A stretch of 64,000 nucleotides of DNA, from the NCBI GenBank assembly GCA_964434325.1, contig CAYSUO010000003.1, positions 7,701 through 71,700 of the forward strand, written 5' to 3'. The DNA is from an uncultured Ruminococcus sp. (lineage in GTDB: Bacteria; Bacillota; Clostridia; Oscillospirales; CAG-272). The notes beneath the pieces were generated by a model that was not told the DNA's origin, did no database searches, and was given only the letters and a program-made list of their open reading frames with translations. The position numbers and the translations under genes were made by a program. Shown in pieces: positions 1-10,406 of this stretch. Within the stretch, counting starts at the first letter, position 1; each line of letters begins with the position of its first letter.

Positions 1-1
1 T

Positions 2-574
2 TTTTGGCTGCTCGTTATTTTCGCCTTCGACGAGCCCGCCTTTGCCGCGATGACCATTGCCGCCGCCGTAATACACGAGCTGGGGCACGTTGCCGCTGGG
101 GCGGCGTGCGGCGAGGCGCGCCTTTTTCCAAACGCCGTGGCATCGGGCTTTCGGATACGCCCCCGAGGCACGCTTTCCTATAAGGACGAGATGCTACTCA
201 CCTTCGGCGGTCCGCTCGCGGGGCTCATCGCCGCCCTGCTCTCGGCGCTTCTTTTTCTCATTTTCCCTCATTTCGGTCATTTCCGAACATTTTCCGCCGT
301 AAATCTGATGACCTCGCTCGGCAATCTTTTACCCATAAGGGGCTACGACGGCTATCGGCTCATCGAATGCTCCATTCTTCTTTTTTCGCCGAAGCCCGAA
401 GCCTTACTTCGCGCCGCGGAGCTCGTATCCACACTGGCGACGACGCTCCTCACCTTCCTTTCCCTCTATCTCATCTTAAAGCTCGGCGAGGGCTACTGGA
501 TTTTTTGCGTTTTTTTCTCCTCGCTCCTCGCGCGGCTCGTTAAATTTCACGAAAGCGGCAAATTCAAAGAATAA
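2..574 (+). CDS. M50 family (site-2/SpoIVFB-like) membrane metalloprotease, 5'-truncated by window edge
   Basis: HELGH zinc motif, GGPL and NLLPIRGYDG motifs, hydrophobic segments; frame is open back to position 2 (FWLLVIFAFDEPAFAAM). Confidence 0.8.
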   Translation, partial: FWLLVIFAFDEPAFAAMTIAAAVIHELGHVAAGAACGEARLFPNAVASGFRIRPRGTLSYKDEMLLTFGGPLAGLIAALLSALLFLIFPHFGHFRTFSAVNLMTSLGNLLPIRGYDGYRLIECSILLFSPKPEALLRAAELVSTLATTLLTFLSLYLILKLGEGYWIFCVFFSSLLARLVKFHESGKFKE

Positions 575-701
575 ACGAGTTTTTCAGAGCTTTTCGGAGC
601 TTTTTGGAGCTTTTTCATTTTTTGAGCGAGCTAAATTGCGGATAAATTCGATAAATCGCGCCAAATTCCTAAAATTTTCAGAAAAAATATTTCAAAAACT
701 A

Positions 702-730
702 TTGCAAACGCACTTCGTTTTTGCTATAAT
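702..730 (+). promoter_or_regulatory. sigmaA-type promoter of the pot operon
   Basis: TTGCAA-17 bp-TATAAT with extended -10 TG. Confidence 0.7.
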
Positions 731-809
731 TACTCTCGCATACTTTTTGATGTATTTTTACAAATAAAGACACGGCGTGTTTAAAGAAAGGATCTGAGAT
801 TTTAAGAAA

Positions 810-1928
810 ATGGCAAAGCTCATTGAGTTGAAAGGAATTTCAAAATCTTACGACGGAGAAAAGGTCATAAATTCTATGGATCTCTATATTCGAGACGGAG
901 AATTTATAACGCTTCTCGGCCCGTCGGGCTGCGGAAAGACGACGACGCTCCGCATTATCGGCGGTTTTGAAAGCGCCGACGAGGGAAAGCTCTATTTCGA
1001 CGGCGTTGAGATAAGCGACGTTCCCGCATACAAAAGGAAGGTCAACACGGTCTTTCAGAAGTATGCTCTTTTTCCTCACCTTAACGTATATGAGAACATT
1101 GCCTTCCCCCTGCGCCTGAAAAAGGTCAAAGAGGACGAGATACACACAAGAGTTACCGATATGCTCAAAATGGTTGCACTTTCGGGCTTTGAGAATAAAA
1201 GCGTCAGCACCCTTTCTGGTGGGCAGCAGCAGCGCGTCGCCATTGCACGCGCCCTCGTTTCCCACCCCAAGGTCCTCTTGCTGGACGAGCCGCTCGGCGC
1301 GCTCGACTTGAAGCTTCGCAAGGATATGCAAAACGAGCTTAAATCCATACAGCAAGCCATCGGCATTACCTTCATCTACGTGACGCACGACCAGGAGGAA
1401 GCGCTCTCGATGTCGGACACCGTCGTTGTTATGGCGGACGGCGAGATACAGCAGATAGGGACGCCAACGGATATATACAACGAGCCGAAGAACGCCTTCG
1501 TGGCGGATTTCATCGGCGAGAGCAACATCATTGACGGCGTTATGCTCTCCGACAAGCGCGTTCGGCTGGCGGCGCACACCTTCGATTGCGTTGACGGCGG
1601 CTTTGCACCCTCGGAGCCTGTTGACGTCGTTATACGCCCCGAGGACATCGACGTTGTTCCCCTCGATAAGGGAATGCTCACGGGGAAGGTGACTAGCGTT
1701 ACCTTCAAGGGCGTTCACTACGAGATAATCGTTGATATAAAGGGCTTCAAATGGATGATACAATCGACGGACTACGTTGAGCCCGACGCCGAAATAGGCG
1801 TTTACATTGAGCCCGACGCCTTTCATATTATGAAGAAATCGAAGTACTCGGGAAAATTCGGAGATTATTCCTCTTTCTCGGACGAGCTCGATCAGCTTTC
1901 GGACGCGGACGCGGCGGAAGAATTTTAA
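810..1928 (+). CDS. potA: spermidine/putrescine ABC transporter ATP-binding subunit
   Basis: Walker [19 protein letters not shown] signature, [15 protein letters not shown]-like C-terminus; first gene of the pot cluster. Confidence 0.95.
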   Translation: MAKLIELKGISKSYDGEKVINSMDLYIRDGEFITLLGPSGCGKTTTLRIIGGFESADEGKLYFDGVEISDVPAYKRKVNTVFQKYALFPHLNVYENIAFPLRLKKVKEDEIHTRVTDMLKMVALSGFENKSVSTLSGGQQQRVAIARALVSHPKVLLLDEPLGALDLKLRKDMQNELKSIQQAIGITFIYVTHDQEEALSMSDTVVVMADGEIQQIGTPTDIYNEPKNAFVADFIGESNIIDGVMLSDKRVRLAAHTFDCVDGGFAPSEPVDVVIRPEDIDVVPLDKGMLTGKVTSVTFKGVHYEIIVDIKGFKWMIQSTDYVEPDAEIGVYIEPDAFHIMKKSKYSGKFGDYSSFSDELDQLSDADAAEEF

Positions 1929-2074
1929 ACGAAGGCGAACGCCTCCCGAGACTTCGTTCGCACGTTTCTGACGGGACTGTCTTGAAAAAGATATTATCTC
2001 GGTGCTGAGTCTAAAAAACTTTTGTTTTTAAGACTTAAAGCTTATAGCTTTCAAAATTGAAAGGTACGGTCATA

Positions 2075-2881
2075 ATGAAGAAAAAATCAATTATGCGCTC
2101 GATCGCGGCGGCCCCCCACATTTTCTGGGCGGTGCTGTTCATCGTCGTTCCCCTCTTCATAGTTGTTTACTATGCTTTTACCGACGCGGACGGCGCTTTC
2201 ACCTTTGAAAATATCGGCTCGCTCAGCGACTATGCGCCGATATTCGGGCTTTCGATAGAGCTCGCCGTTATTGCGACGGCGATATGCCTCGTTATCGGCT
2301 ACCCTTTGGCTTACGTTATTGCGAGGGCAAATCCGAAGCGGCAAAAGCTCTTTATAATGCTCCTTATGCTCCCCATGTGGACGAATCTGCTCATAAGGAC
2401 CTATTCGATAATGGCGATCTTCGACGACGGCGGGTTTTTAAATTCGCTCCTCGGCACCTCGCTCCACGTGATAGGAACGAAGGGCGCCGTTATATTCGGA
2501 ATGGTGTACGACTTTCTGCCCTATATGGTGCTTCCGATATACACCTGCATATCGAAGATAGACAAGCACATGTGGGAGGCGGCGAGCGACCTCGGGTGCA
2601 GCACGGTGATGACGCTCATCAAGGTCATTATCCCCCTCTCCACCTCGGGGATAATCTCGGGGGTCACCATGGTGCTCGTTCCCTCGATAAGCACCTTCTA
2701 CATATCGCAAAAGCTCGGTGGCGGCACCTTTGAAGTTATAGGCGACACGATAGAGCGCCAATTCGTCAGCGGGGCTCTGAACACGGGCGCGGCCATCTCG
2801 CTCGTCATGATGATACTCATACTCATCTCGATGACGATAATGAACAGATTTTCAGATGATGACGGAGGTATCGTGGTATGA
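2075..2881 (+). CDS. potB: spermidine/putrescine ABC transporter permease
   Basis: LPMWTNLLIRTY, YDFLPYMVLPIY, EAASDLG motifs; ATG at 2075 after AAGGT RBS. Confidence 0.9.
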   Translation: MKKKSIMRSIAAAPHIFWAVLFIVVPLFIVVYYAFTDADGAFTFENIGSLSDYAPIFGLSIELAVIATAICLVIGYPLAYVIARANPKRQKLFIMLLMLPMWTNLLIRTYSIMAIFDDGGFLNSLLGTSLHVIGTKGAVIFGMVYDFLPYMVLPIYTCISKIDKHMWEAASDLGCSTVMTLIKVIIPLSTSGIISGVTMVLVPSISTFYISQKLGGGTFEVIGDTIERQFVSGALNTGAAISLVMMILILISMTIMNRFSDDDGGIVV

Positions 2882-4995
2882 AATACGCCTCGCGCATCTA
2901 TCTTTGCCTGATATTCGGCATACTCTACATTCCCATTCTGACGCTGATACTCTTCTCGTTCAACGCCTCGGAGAGTACCGCCGTTTTCACGGGTTTCAGC
3001 CTCAAATGGTACGTGGAGCTTTTCAGCTCGGCGGATGCCTTCACGGCGCTTAGAAATACGCTCATCCTCGCAACGCTCTCGGCGCTTTTGGCGACGGTGA
3101 TAGGAACGGCGGCGGCGGAGGGCGTTTACAAAATGCGCTCGAAGCTAGCGAGCGAGGCGGTCAAGTCCGTTACCAACATTCCGATGATGAATCCCGACAT
3201 CGTTACGGGTATGTCGATGATGCTGTTCTTCGCCGCGGTTATGGCAGTCCTCAAAATCGGCGATTATAACGATATAGGCTTCGCCGCCATGCTCATAGCG
3301 CATACCACCTTCTGCCTCCCCTACGTTTTCCTCTCGGTGCTCCCGCGAATAAAGGAGCTCGGCAACACGCTTTCCGAGGCGGCGCTCGACCTCGGCTGCA
3401 CTCCCCTTCAAGCCTTCTTCAAGGTGAAGCTGCCGAACATTCTGCCCGCCGTCCTTTCGGGCTTCATCATGGCGTTCACCATGTCGCTCGACGACTTCGT
3501 TATCTCCTACTTCGTGGCACCGCCGAATTTCCAGACCCTTCCGCTTCTCATCTATTCGATGACGAAAAAGAAGGTGAAGCCCGATATGTACGCGCTTTCG
3601 GCGATAATCATCATCACCATCTTTATCCTTCTCGTCGCCTCCAATTTCAAGAGCGACAAGAAGCGCGCGGGCGGAAGGCGGAAAAAGACGATCGCCGTTA
3701 TAGTTTCCCTCGCGCTGGCAACAATACTTATTGCTACGATAATTATAGGCTCCTTCGTTAGCGGCGGCGCCGTTGCGGGTGGGGCTACCGAAACGCTGAC
3801 GCTCAACGTTTACAACTGGGGAGAATACATTTCAGACGGCTCCGAGGGCTCGCTCGACGTTAACAAGGCTTTTGAGGAATACTACTACGAGAAATACGGC
3901 GTAAAGGTCATTGTCAACTACTCCACCTATGCAACGAACGAGGATATGTATTCAAAGCTCAGCAACAGCGCCGTTTCCTACGATATCGTTATTCCCTCGG
4001 ACTATATGATAGAAAAGCTGATAGCCGAGGACCTTCTGCTCTCCTTCGACGTTGAGAGCGAAATAGAAAACTACAAGTATATCGACGACGATTTTAAAAA
4101 ACTCTACTATGACAGGGACGAGCAATACGCCGTTCCGTACACCTACGGAATGATGGGCATAATATATAACAAAGACCTCGTTTCCGAAGAGGATATAGAG
4201 GAACAGAGCTGGGGTATACTCTGGAACGAGAAATACGCGGGAAAGATATTGCAGTTCAACAACCCGCGCGACGCTTTCGCGACGGCGATGTTCTGGAAGG
4301 GTTACGACGTTAACTCCACGGACCCAGACGTTTGGGACGCGGCGCTCGAACTTTTGAAGGAACAGAAGCCCCTGCTTCAAGGCTACGTCAACGACGAGGT
4401 CTTCGACAAGATGACCTCGGGCTCGGCGGCGATAGCGCCCTACTTCGTTGGCGACTATCTGACAATGGCGAACACGGAGGGCGCCGCCGATCTCGGCTTC
4501 TACTACCCGACGGAGGGCGTCAACTACTTCTTCGACGCGATGTGCATTCCGAAGTCATCGAAGAATCCCGAGCTCGCGAAGGAATATATCAACTTTATGC
4601 TCTCCGAGGAGGTCGCAGTGGCGAACGCCATCTACATCGGCTACGCCTCCCCCAATCTCTTGGTCTCCACGAGCGAGGAATACGCCGAGGAGATGGGCGA
4701 GGAAGCGATGGAGCTCCTCTACGATAATCTGCCCTCCAAGGTCAACAAGTATTACAACGAGCTGTGGGGCGACGAGAACGCAAGCTGTTACAGAAGCTTC
4801 ACGCCCGAGATACAGGCGCGCGTTAACACCCTTTGGGAGAACTTGAAGCTCACGGACTCGACGGAGATATGGATACACGTCGCAACCGTTCTGATAGTTG
4901 CCGCCGTTATCGCGCTCGCCGTCTACACCACGTATATCAAGAAGAAGCGCTCGCGCGAATACAGAAAGCGCGACGGCGCGAAGAAGACGACTTAA
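2878..4995 (+). CDS. potCD: fused PotC permease + PotD polyamine-binding protein with an extra C-terminal TM helix
   Basis: N-terminal PotC motifs (NPDIVTG, EAALDLG, SLDDFVIS), then PotD motifs (LNVYNWGEYI, YDIVIPSDYMI, NNPRDAF, PTEGVN); ATGA overlap with potB. Confidence 0.9.
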   Translation: MKYASRIYLCLIFGILYIPILTLILFSFNASESTAVFTGFSLKWYVELFSSADAFTALRNTLILATLSALLATVIGTAAAEGVYKMRSKLASEAVKSVTNIPMMNPDIVTGMSMMLFFAAVMAVLKIGDYNDIGFAAMLIAHTTFCLPYVFLSVLPRIKELGNTLSEAALDLGCTPLQAFFKVKLPNILPAVLSGFIMAFTMSLDDFVISYFVAPPNFQTLPLLIYSMTKKKVKPDMYALSAIIIITIFILLVASNFKSDKKRAGGRRKKTIAVIVSLALATILIATIIIGSFVSGGAVAGGATETLTLNVYNWGEYISDGSEGSLDVNKAFEEYYYEKYGVKVIVNYSTYATNEDMYSKLSNSAVSYDIVIPSDYMIEKLIAEDLLLSFDVESEIENYKYIDDDFKKLYYDRDEQYAVPYTYGMMGIIYNKDLVSEEDIEEQSWGILWNEKYAGKILQFNNPRDAFATAMFWKGYDVNSTDPDVWDAALELLKEQKPLLQGYVNDEVFDKMTSGSAAIAPYFVGDYLTMANTEGAADLGFYYPTEGVNYFFDAMCIPKSSKNPELAKEYINFMLSEEVAVANAIYIGYASPNLLVSTSEEYAEEMGEEAMELLYDNLPSKVNKYYNELWGDENASCYRSFTPEIQARVNTLWENLKLTDSTEIWIHVATVLIVAAVIALAVYTTYIKKKRSREYRKRDGAKKTT

Positions 4996-5059
4996 ACAAT
5001 CATGACGGAGCTCGCAAGAGCTCCGTTAATATTCCCCGCAAAGCGGGCTTACAGGTGCT

Positions 5060-6235
5060 ATGACTGATTTTTTAATTAAAAGATTTATAAAAAACAGCGG
5101 CGACGTTACGGACGGCAGGGTGCGCTCCGCCTACGCCATGCTGGCGGGGCTCGTCGGCATAGTGCTCAACGTTTTGCTCTTTGCGGCGAAGCTGACGCTC
5201 GGAATAGTTTCCGCCTCGGTGGCGATAATCGCCGACGCTTTTAACAACATTTCCGACGCGGGCTCCTCGGTCATCTCCCTCATCGGCGTTCGCCTCTCGG
5301 CGAAGCCCGTTGACAAGGAGCACCCCTTGGGGCACGGGCGGCTCGAATATATCAGCGCCTTCATCGTCGATATGCTCATCATCCTCGTCGGCTTTGAACT
5401 CTTCACCTCGTCGGTTGAAAAGATAGCGAGCCCTGAAAAAACGGACATCGGCGCCGCCGTTTTCATTCTGCTCGGCGCCTCGGTGCTCGTTAAGCTCTGG
5501 CTGGCTTTCTTCTATCGGAAAATAGCGAAGAGGATATCCGCCGCCGCCATAAAAGCCGCCTCGGCGGACAGCCTGACCGACTGCATTGCGACGCTCCTCG
5601 TTTTCATCACCTCCCTCTTCTCCTATCTCGGAATATGGGAAAACGTCCCGCTGGACGGTATCGCGGGTATCGTCGTCGCCTGCTTCATCGCCTACACGGG
5701 TATCTCCGCCGCCAAGGAAACGATAGACCTCCTGCTCGGCGCGCCGCCCGAAAAAGAATTTGTCGAAAAGCTGAGCGGCTTCTACAAGGCGTACCCCGAG
5801 ATAATGGGAATACACGACCTGATGGTGCACGACTACGGACCTGGGCGCAAGATAGTTTCCTTTCACGCCGAGGTCCCCTCGGACTGTGATATCAACGCGG
5901 CGCACGAGGTGATAGACCGAATGGAGCGCGATATGTTCGCCGCCTTCAACTGTATCGTTACGATACATCTGGACCCTCTCTCCGTCAACGACGCGCGAGT
6001 CAACGAGATGAGGGCGCTCGCCGAAAGCGCCGCGCGAGAGATAGACCCCGCCTTCACGATACACGATTTCAGGATAACGGACGGCGAGCGCGCGACCAAT
6101 CTCATCTTCGACCTCCTCCTCCCGACGGACTGCCCCCTCGAAAATGCCGAGGCGGCGCGGCGCGTTGCCGAAAGGATACGCGAGAAGAATGCGAGTTGCT
6201 TCGCTGTTATAAACGCGGAGCGCCCCTTCGTTTAA
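5060..6235 (+). CDS. cation diffusion facilitator (CDF) family transporter
   Basis: IIADAFNNISD, HPLGHGRLEY, HDLMVHDYGPG motifs, 5-6 TM segments. Confidence 0.9.
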   Translation: MTDFLIKRFIKNSGDVTDGRVRSAYAMLAGLVGIVLNVLLFAAKLTLGIVSASVAIIADAFNNISDAGSSVISLIGVRLSAKPVDKEHPLGHGRLEYISAFIVDMLIILVGFELFTSSVEKIASPEKTDIGAAVFILLGASVLVKLWLAFFYRKIAKRISAAAIKAASADSLTDCIATLLVFITSLFSYLGIWENVPLDGIAGIVVACFIAYTGISAAKETIDLLLGAPPEKEFVEKLSGFYKAYPEIMGIHDLMVHDYGPGRKIVSFHAEVPSDCDINAAHEVIDRMERDMFAAFNCIVTIHLDPLSVNDARVNEMRALAESAAREIDPAFTIHDFRITDGERATNLIFDLLLPTDCPLENAEAARRVAERIREKNASCFAVINAERPFV

Positions 6236-6390
6236 TCGAATACCGTGCCAAAAGCGCTTGCTTTTTCCTTCTGAATGAAATGAAGCTGTCAAATTACGGC
6301 AGCCTCAAAATCGTGCTGATGCTCTTGATTTTCGTTACGTGCAAGGATAACCAACAGCTACAAAAAAACTTAGCTGTGTGTCTCATTAAA

Positions 6391-6541
6391 GAGGCTGTCG
6401 CATTTAGGCAGAATCAAACGAAAATTAAAACTGAAAAACCGTAAGTTTTAACTTTGATTTTTCACAAAAACACGGTGGATGCAGAGATATTCCTTTGCTT
6501 CTACCGTGTTTCGTTTGTTTCTGCCTAAACGCGACGGCTTC
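6391..6541. mobile_element. MITE-like element, complete copy of dispersed repeat family A
   Basis: 33-bp terminal inverted repeats (GAGGCTGTCGCATTTAGGCAGAATCAAACGAAA, 29/33 match) around an ACGGTRGAWGC...GCTTCTACCGT hairpin; related copies elsewhere in the window. Confidence 0.65.
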
Positions 6542-6550
6542 CGTTTATAG

Positions 6551-6593
6551 AATACGCCCCGAGAAAGGCTTTCAGCCTTTCTCGGGGCGTATT
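6551..6593. terminator. long hairpin between convergent CDF and gmk genes
   Basis: AATACGCCCCGAGAAAGGCT-ttc-AGCCTTTCTCGGGGCGTATT perfect 20-bp stem. Confidence 0.65.
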
Positions 6594-6856
6594 GGGGTTT
6601 ATATTTGTTTAATTGATTTAATCAAGAGCAAAGGCGCACGGCGAAGAAAACCAAAGCCGAGTTTATATTTGTTTTAATTTTTTGATTTGGTCAAGCTTAT
6701 ACTGTTAAATTTATTTTTTGATTTGCTTGTGTGTTATACCTGTTTAAGTTTTGGTTTTAGCCTATGTGCTGAAATTTGTTTTAGCTTTTGAATTATTTAG
6801 CTCTAAACAAGCCTTACCAATTATTCTGTTCCCTGCTCTTAGAATATTTCACTTAA

Positions 6857-7555
6857 TTATTGCCCAGCATTTTCGGGAGCTACGAGCTCCTTTTCGCGGG
6901 CGCTCGCCGCGAGAGCGGCGGCTATCTCGGCATTCTTCGCGGACGGGGCGAGCTCGCCCGCCGCGGCGGCGCGGCAGAGCGCAAGTATCTCGGCGGCACA
7001 GGCTTCGGGGCTCTCGTTCTTCACGAAGGCGTCAAACAAGTGAGCGCGCTCGGGGAGAGAGATATAATCCATCGCGTTGCGAAGGCGCCGACGCTGAAAG
7101 GCTTCGAGCCCATCCACCGTGGGCGACGAGCCCAGCTCTCTTTGGTAGAGCCTACGCTCCACGACGTTGATATCCTCGTAGATATAGACGGCGAAAACAG
7201 AAAAATCGAGAGACCTTTTGCGAAGCGCCTCAACGCCATTTAAATCGAGGACGAGGAGCGGCGTTTTTCCCTCCGCGAATATCTCACCGAGCTCATCTGC
7301 GGGAGTTCCGTAAAGATTCCCGTTATACTCCGTATATTCAAGCATTTTGCCGTCGGCAACGAGAGCTCTAAATTCCCCCTCGCTGAAATACCTATATTCC
7401 GCGACGTTGGCGTCCGCGCGCGGCGGGCGCGTCGTTGCCGAGGCGACGTAGCGATAGTCGCCCGAGGCGCGCAAAAGGCTTTGAACCACCGTCGTTTTCC
7501 CCACGGCGCTCGCCCCCGCGATAACGATGACACGCTTCACGCTCTGCTCCTTCAT
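6857..7555 (-). CDS. gmk: guanylate kinase-like protein
   Basis: GASAVGKTT P-loop, SATTRPPR, EYTEYNGNLYGTP; overlaps serS stop. Confidence 0.8.
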   Translation of the reverse strand: MKEQSVKRVIVIAGASAVGKTTVVQSLLRASGDYRYVASATTRPPRADANVAEYRYFSEGEFRALVADGKMLEYTEYNGNLYGTPADELGEIFAEGKTPLLVLDLNGVEALRKRSLDFSVFAVYIYEDINVVERRLYQRELGSSPTVDGLEAFQRRRLRNAMDYISLPERAHLFDAFVKNESPEACAAEILALCRAAAAGELAPSAKNAEIAAALAASAREKELVAPENAGQ

Positions 7556-8838
7556 CTTTTAGGCGTAAGCTTCTCTTTGCCGCCCATATAGGGGCGAAGC
7601 GCGAGCGGGAGCTTAACGGAGCCGTCCGCTTCGAGATTGTTTTCAAGGAAGGCGATGAGCATTCTCGGTGGTGCTACAACGGTGTTATTGAGGGTGTGCG
7701 CATAGTAGGTGCCCGCATCGCCCTTTATGCGAATTTTGAGGCGGCGCGCCTGTGCGTCTCCAAGATTGGAGCAGGAGCCGACTTCAAAATATTTCTTCTG
7801 GCGGGGAGACCACGCCTCAACGTCAACGGACTTGACTTTGAGGTCGGCTAAGTCACCCGAGCAACATTCCAGCGTCCTGACGGGGATATCGAGGCTCCTG
7901 AAAAGGTCGACGGTGTTCTGCCAGAGCTTTTCAAACCAGCACTTCGACTCCTCGGGATTGCAGACGACGATCATCTCCTGCTTTTCAAACTGGTGAATAC
8001 GGTAGACGCCGCGCTCCTCGATACCGTGCGCCCCCTTCTCCTTGCGGAAGCAGGGAGAATACGAGGTGAGCGTTTTCGGCAGGGTGCTCTCGGGAATTAT
8101 CGTATCTATAAACTTACCTATCATCGAGTGCTCCGAGGTTCCTATGAGGTAAAGATCCTCGCCCTCTATCTTGTACATCATCGCGTCCATCTCGGCGAAG
8201 GACATAACGCCCGTCACCACATTCGAGCGAATCATAAAAGGGGGGACACAATAGGTGAAGCCGCGGTCTATCATAAAATCGCGCGCATAAGAGATGACGG
8301 CGGAATGGAGGCGCGCTATATCACCCATAAGATAATAGAAGCCGTTCCCCGCGACGCGGCGCGCACTGTCCAAATCTATTCCGTCAAAGCGCTCCATAAT
8401 ATCGGTGTGATACGGAATCTCAAACTCGGGAACGACGGGCTCGCCGAACTTTTGAAGCTCCACGTTCTCCGCGTCATTCTTCCCTATCGGAACGCTGGGG
8501 TCAATAATGTTGGGAATAACCATCATTATCTTCGTGACCTTCTCTTCCAGCTCCGCGATAACGCGCTCCGTCTCCGCGAGCTCCGCCGCCTCGGCGGCAA
8601 CTATCTTTTTCGCCTCCTCCGCCTCGGCGAGCTTCTTTTGCGCCATAAGCGCGCCTATGGACTTGGAAACGCGATTGCGATTCGCCCTCAGGTCGTCACA
8701 CTGCTTTTTGTTGCGGCGAAGCTCCTCATCGAGGGCTATCACCTCGTCCACCAAGGGGAGCTTTTCGTCCTGAAACTTATTTTTGATATTCTGCTTCACG
8801 ACATCGGGATTCTCTCTTAAAAATTTAAGGTCTATCAT
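7552..8838 (-). CDS. serS: seryl-tRNA synthetase
   Basis: MIDLKFLREN start after GAAAGGA RBS; YLIGTSEH, CFRKEKGAHG, HQFEKQE, EVGSCSN, HTLNNT class IIa motifs. Confidence 0.97.
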   Translation of the reverse strand: MIDLKFLRENPDVVKQNIKNKFQDEKLPLVDEVIALDEELRRNKKQCDDLRANRNRVSKSIGALMAQKKLAEAEEAKKIVAAEAAELAETERVIAELEEKVTKIMMVIPNIIDPSVPIGKNDAENVELQKFGEPVVPEFEIPYHTDIMERFDGIDLDSARRVAGNGFYYLMGDIARLHSAVISYARDFMIDRGFTYCVPPFMIRSNVVTGVMSFAEMDAMMYKIEGEDLYLIGTSEHSMIGKFIDTIIPESTLPKTLTSYSPCFRKEKGAHGIEERGVYRIHQFEKQEMIVVCNPEESKCWFEKLWQNTVDLFRSLDIPVRTLECCSGDLADLKVKSVDVEAWSPRQKKYFEVGSCSNLGDAQARRLKIRIKGDAGTYYAHTLNNTVVAPPRMLIAFLENNLEADGSVKLPLALRPYMGGKEKLTPKR

Positions 8839-8904
8839 TTGTGACCGTTCCTTTCCGCCGCACTGCGGCACAGCTTTTGGTTTTATTTGGCTTTTGACAT
8901 GGCA

Positions 8905-9112
8905 AACAAAAAAGAGCCTCTCCACGTATGGGACGAAAGCTCCGCGGTACCACCCAATTTGCGGGCAAGCCCGCCACTCTGAAATCTTTAAGGCAATAAC
9001 GCCTCGGCTCATCGCCGAACGCTCGGAAAGCGGAAAGCGCACACCGCCAGCCGCTCTCACCACCGCGGCCTCTCTTGGGACGGAGCCTTGCGCATATTCT
9101 TTCTTCATAGCG
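8905..9112 (-). promoter_or_regulatory. T-box riboswitch (Ser) upstream of serS
   Basis: minus strand shows AGAGA and GGTGA stem-I motifs, candidate UCC (Ser) specifier, T-box AATTGGGTGGTACCGCG, terminator ending in a T-run. Confidence 0.9.
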
Positions 9113-9141
9113 CGAGCCCACAAGAGCTCGTTTTCACATAT

Positions 9142-9170
9142 ATTATACAACGGCGCCCTGAAAAATGCAA
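9142..9170 (-). promoter_or_regulatory. sigmaA promoter of T-box/serS
   Basis: TTGCAT-17 bp-TATAAT on minus strand. Confidence 0.7.
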
Positions 9171-9250
9171 GCTTTTTTTAAAATTTCATCGTCTTTTCGC
9201 CGCGAATTTATAAATATTTGTTTTTTTGCCGCCAAATTCCGCTATTTCTC

Positions 9251-9279
9251 TTGATTTTTCCGTCAAAGTACAGTATAAT
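9251..9279 (+). promoter_or_regulatory. sigmaA promoter of fba
   Basis: TTGATT-17 bp-TATAAT. Confidence 0.65.
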
Positions 9280-9327
9280 TATAGCGATAATATTTTTTAG
9301 CCGCGTTTGCGGCGGAATGGAGTTACT

Positions 9328-10191
9328 ATGTTAGTTTCTGCAAAAGAAATGCTGGAAAAAGCAAAGGCGGGGCACTACGCCGTCGGTCAATTCAATATCA
9401 ATAACCTTGAATGGACGAAGGCTATCCTTCTCACGGCGGAGGAAATGAAGTCTCCCGTTATACTCGGCGTTTCCGAAGGGGCGGGCAAATATATGTGTGG
9501 CTACAACACCATCGTCGGCATGGTGCGCGGAATGATCGAGACGCTGAACATCACCGTTCCCGTTGCCCTTCACCTTGACCACGGCTCCTACGAGGGCGCC
9601 TACAAGTGCATCGAAGCGGGCTTCTCCTCCGTTATGTTTGACGGCTCGCATTACCCCATCGAAGAAAACGTTGCCAAAACCCGCGAGCTCGTTGAGGTCT
9701 GCCGCGCGAAGGGGCTCTCCCTTGAAGCCGAGGTCGGCGCGATAGGCGGCGAAGAGGACGGCGTTATAGGCGGGGGCGAGGTCGCCTCTCCCGACGAATG
9801 CAAGATGATAGCCGATCTCGGCGTTACCATGCTGGCGGCTGGAATCGGCAATATCCACGGCAAATATCCCGCCAATTGGCAGGGGCTCAACTTCGGCGTT
9901 TTAGCCGAGATAAGCGAGAAGGTGGGCTCAATGCCCCTCGTTCTTCACGGCGGAACGGGCATTCCCGCCGAGATGATAAAGAAGGCTATTTCGCTCGGCG
10001 TTTCCAAGATAAACGTTAACACCGAATGTCAGCTCGCATTCGCGGCGGCAACGAGAAAGTACGTTGAGGCGGGCAAAGATCTTGAAGGCAAGGGCTTTGA
10101 CCCGAGAAAGCTTCTCGCTCCTGGCACCGAGGCAATAAAGGCGACCGTGCGCGAAAAGATGGAGCTCTTCGGCTCTGTGGGCAAGGCGTAA
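9328..10191 (+). CDS. fba: class II fructose-1,6-bisphosphate aldolase
   Basis: VALHLDHG, SVMFDGSH, EAEVGAIGGEEDG, GNIHG, LVLHGGTG, KINVNTE; GGAG RBS. Confidence 0.96.
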   Translation: MLVSAKEMLEKAKAGHYAVGQFNINNLEWTKAILLTAEEMKSPVILGVSEGAGKYMCGYNTIVGMVRGMIETLNITVPVALHLDHGSYEGAYKCIEAGFSSVMFDGSHYPIEENVAKTRELVEVCRAKGLSLEAEVGAIGGEEDGVIGGGEVASPDECKMIADLGVTMLAAGIGNIHGKYPANWQGLNFGVLAEISEKVGSMPLVLHGGTGIPAEMIKKAISLGVSKINVNTECQLAFAAATRKYVEAGKDLEGKGFDPRKLLAPGTEAIKATVREKMELFGSVGKA

Positions 10192-10225
10192 CATAGTTCG
10201 ACTGTCGATTAGCATAATTAAGCAG

Positions 10226-10263
10226 AACGGTAGAAGCGAGAAAAGATCTCTGCTTCTACCGTT
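10226..10263. repeat. repeat family A core hairpin
   Basis: AACGGTAGAAGC-N-GCTTCTACCGTT followed by a T-run, downstream of fba. Confidence 0.75.
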
Positions 10264-10297
10264 TTTTCGGGAATGCAATACTTTGATAATAGCTATC

Positions 10298-10331
10298 AAT
10301 AAAGCCGCGAAGAGCTCTTCGCGGCTTTATT
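10298..10331. terminator. bidirectional terminator between fba and the convergent large gene
   Basis: AATAAAGCCGCGAAGAGCTCTTCGCGGCTTTATT perfect palindrome with A/T tails. Confidence 0.75.
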
Positions 10332-10406
10332 TTACCACATTCGCCGCCTTCGCGGCGAATGTGGGGTGATAGTGCGAAAGGTGAAGCCTTTGCGCGTTGG
10401 CGCTTA

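Noticed and set aside
8839-9150. N-terminal extension of the serS ORF in the six-frame track
   Set aside because: It overlaps the T-box leader and promoter; the real start is ATG 8838 with an RBS
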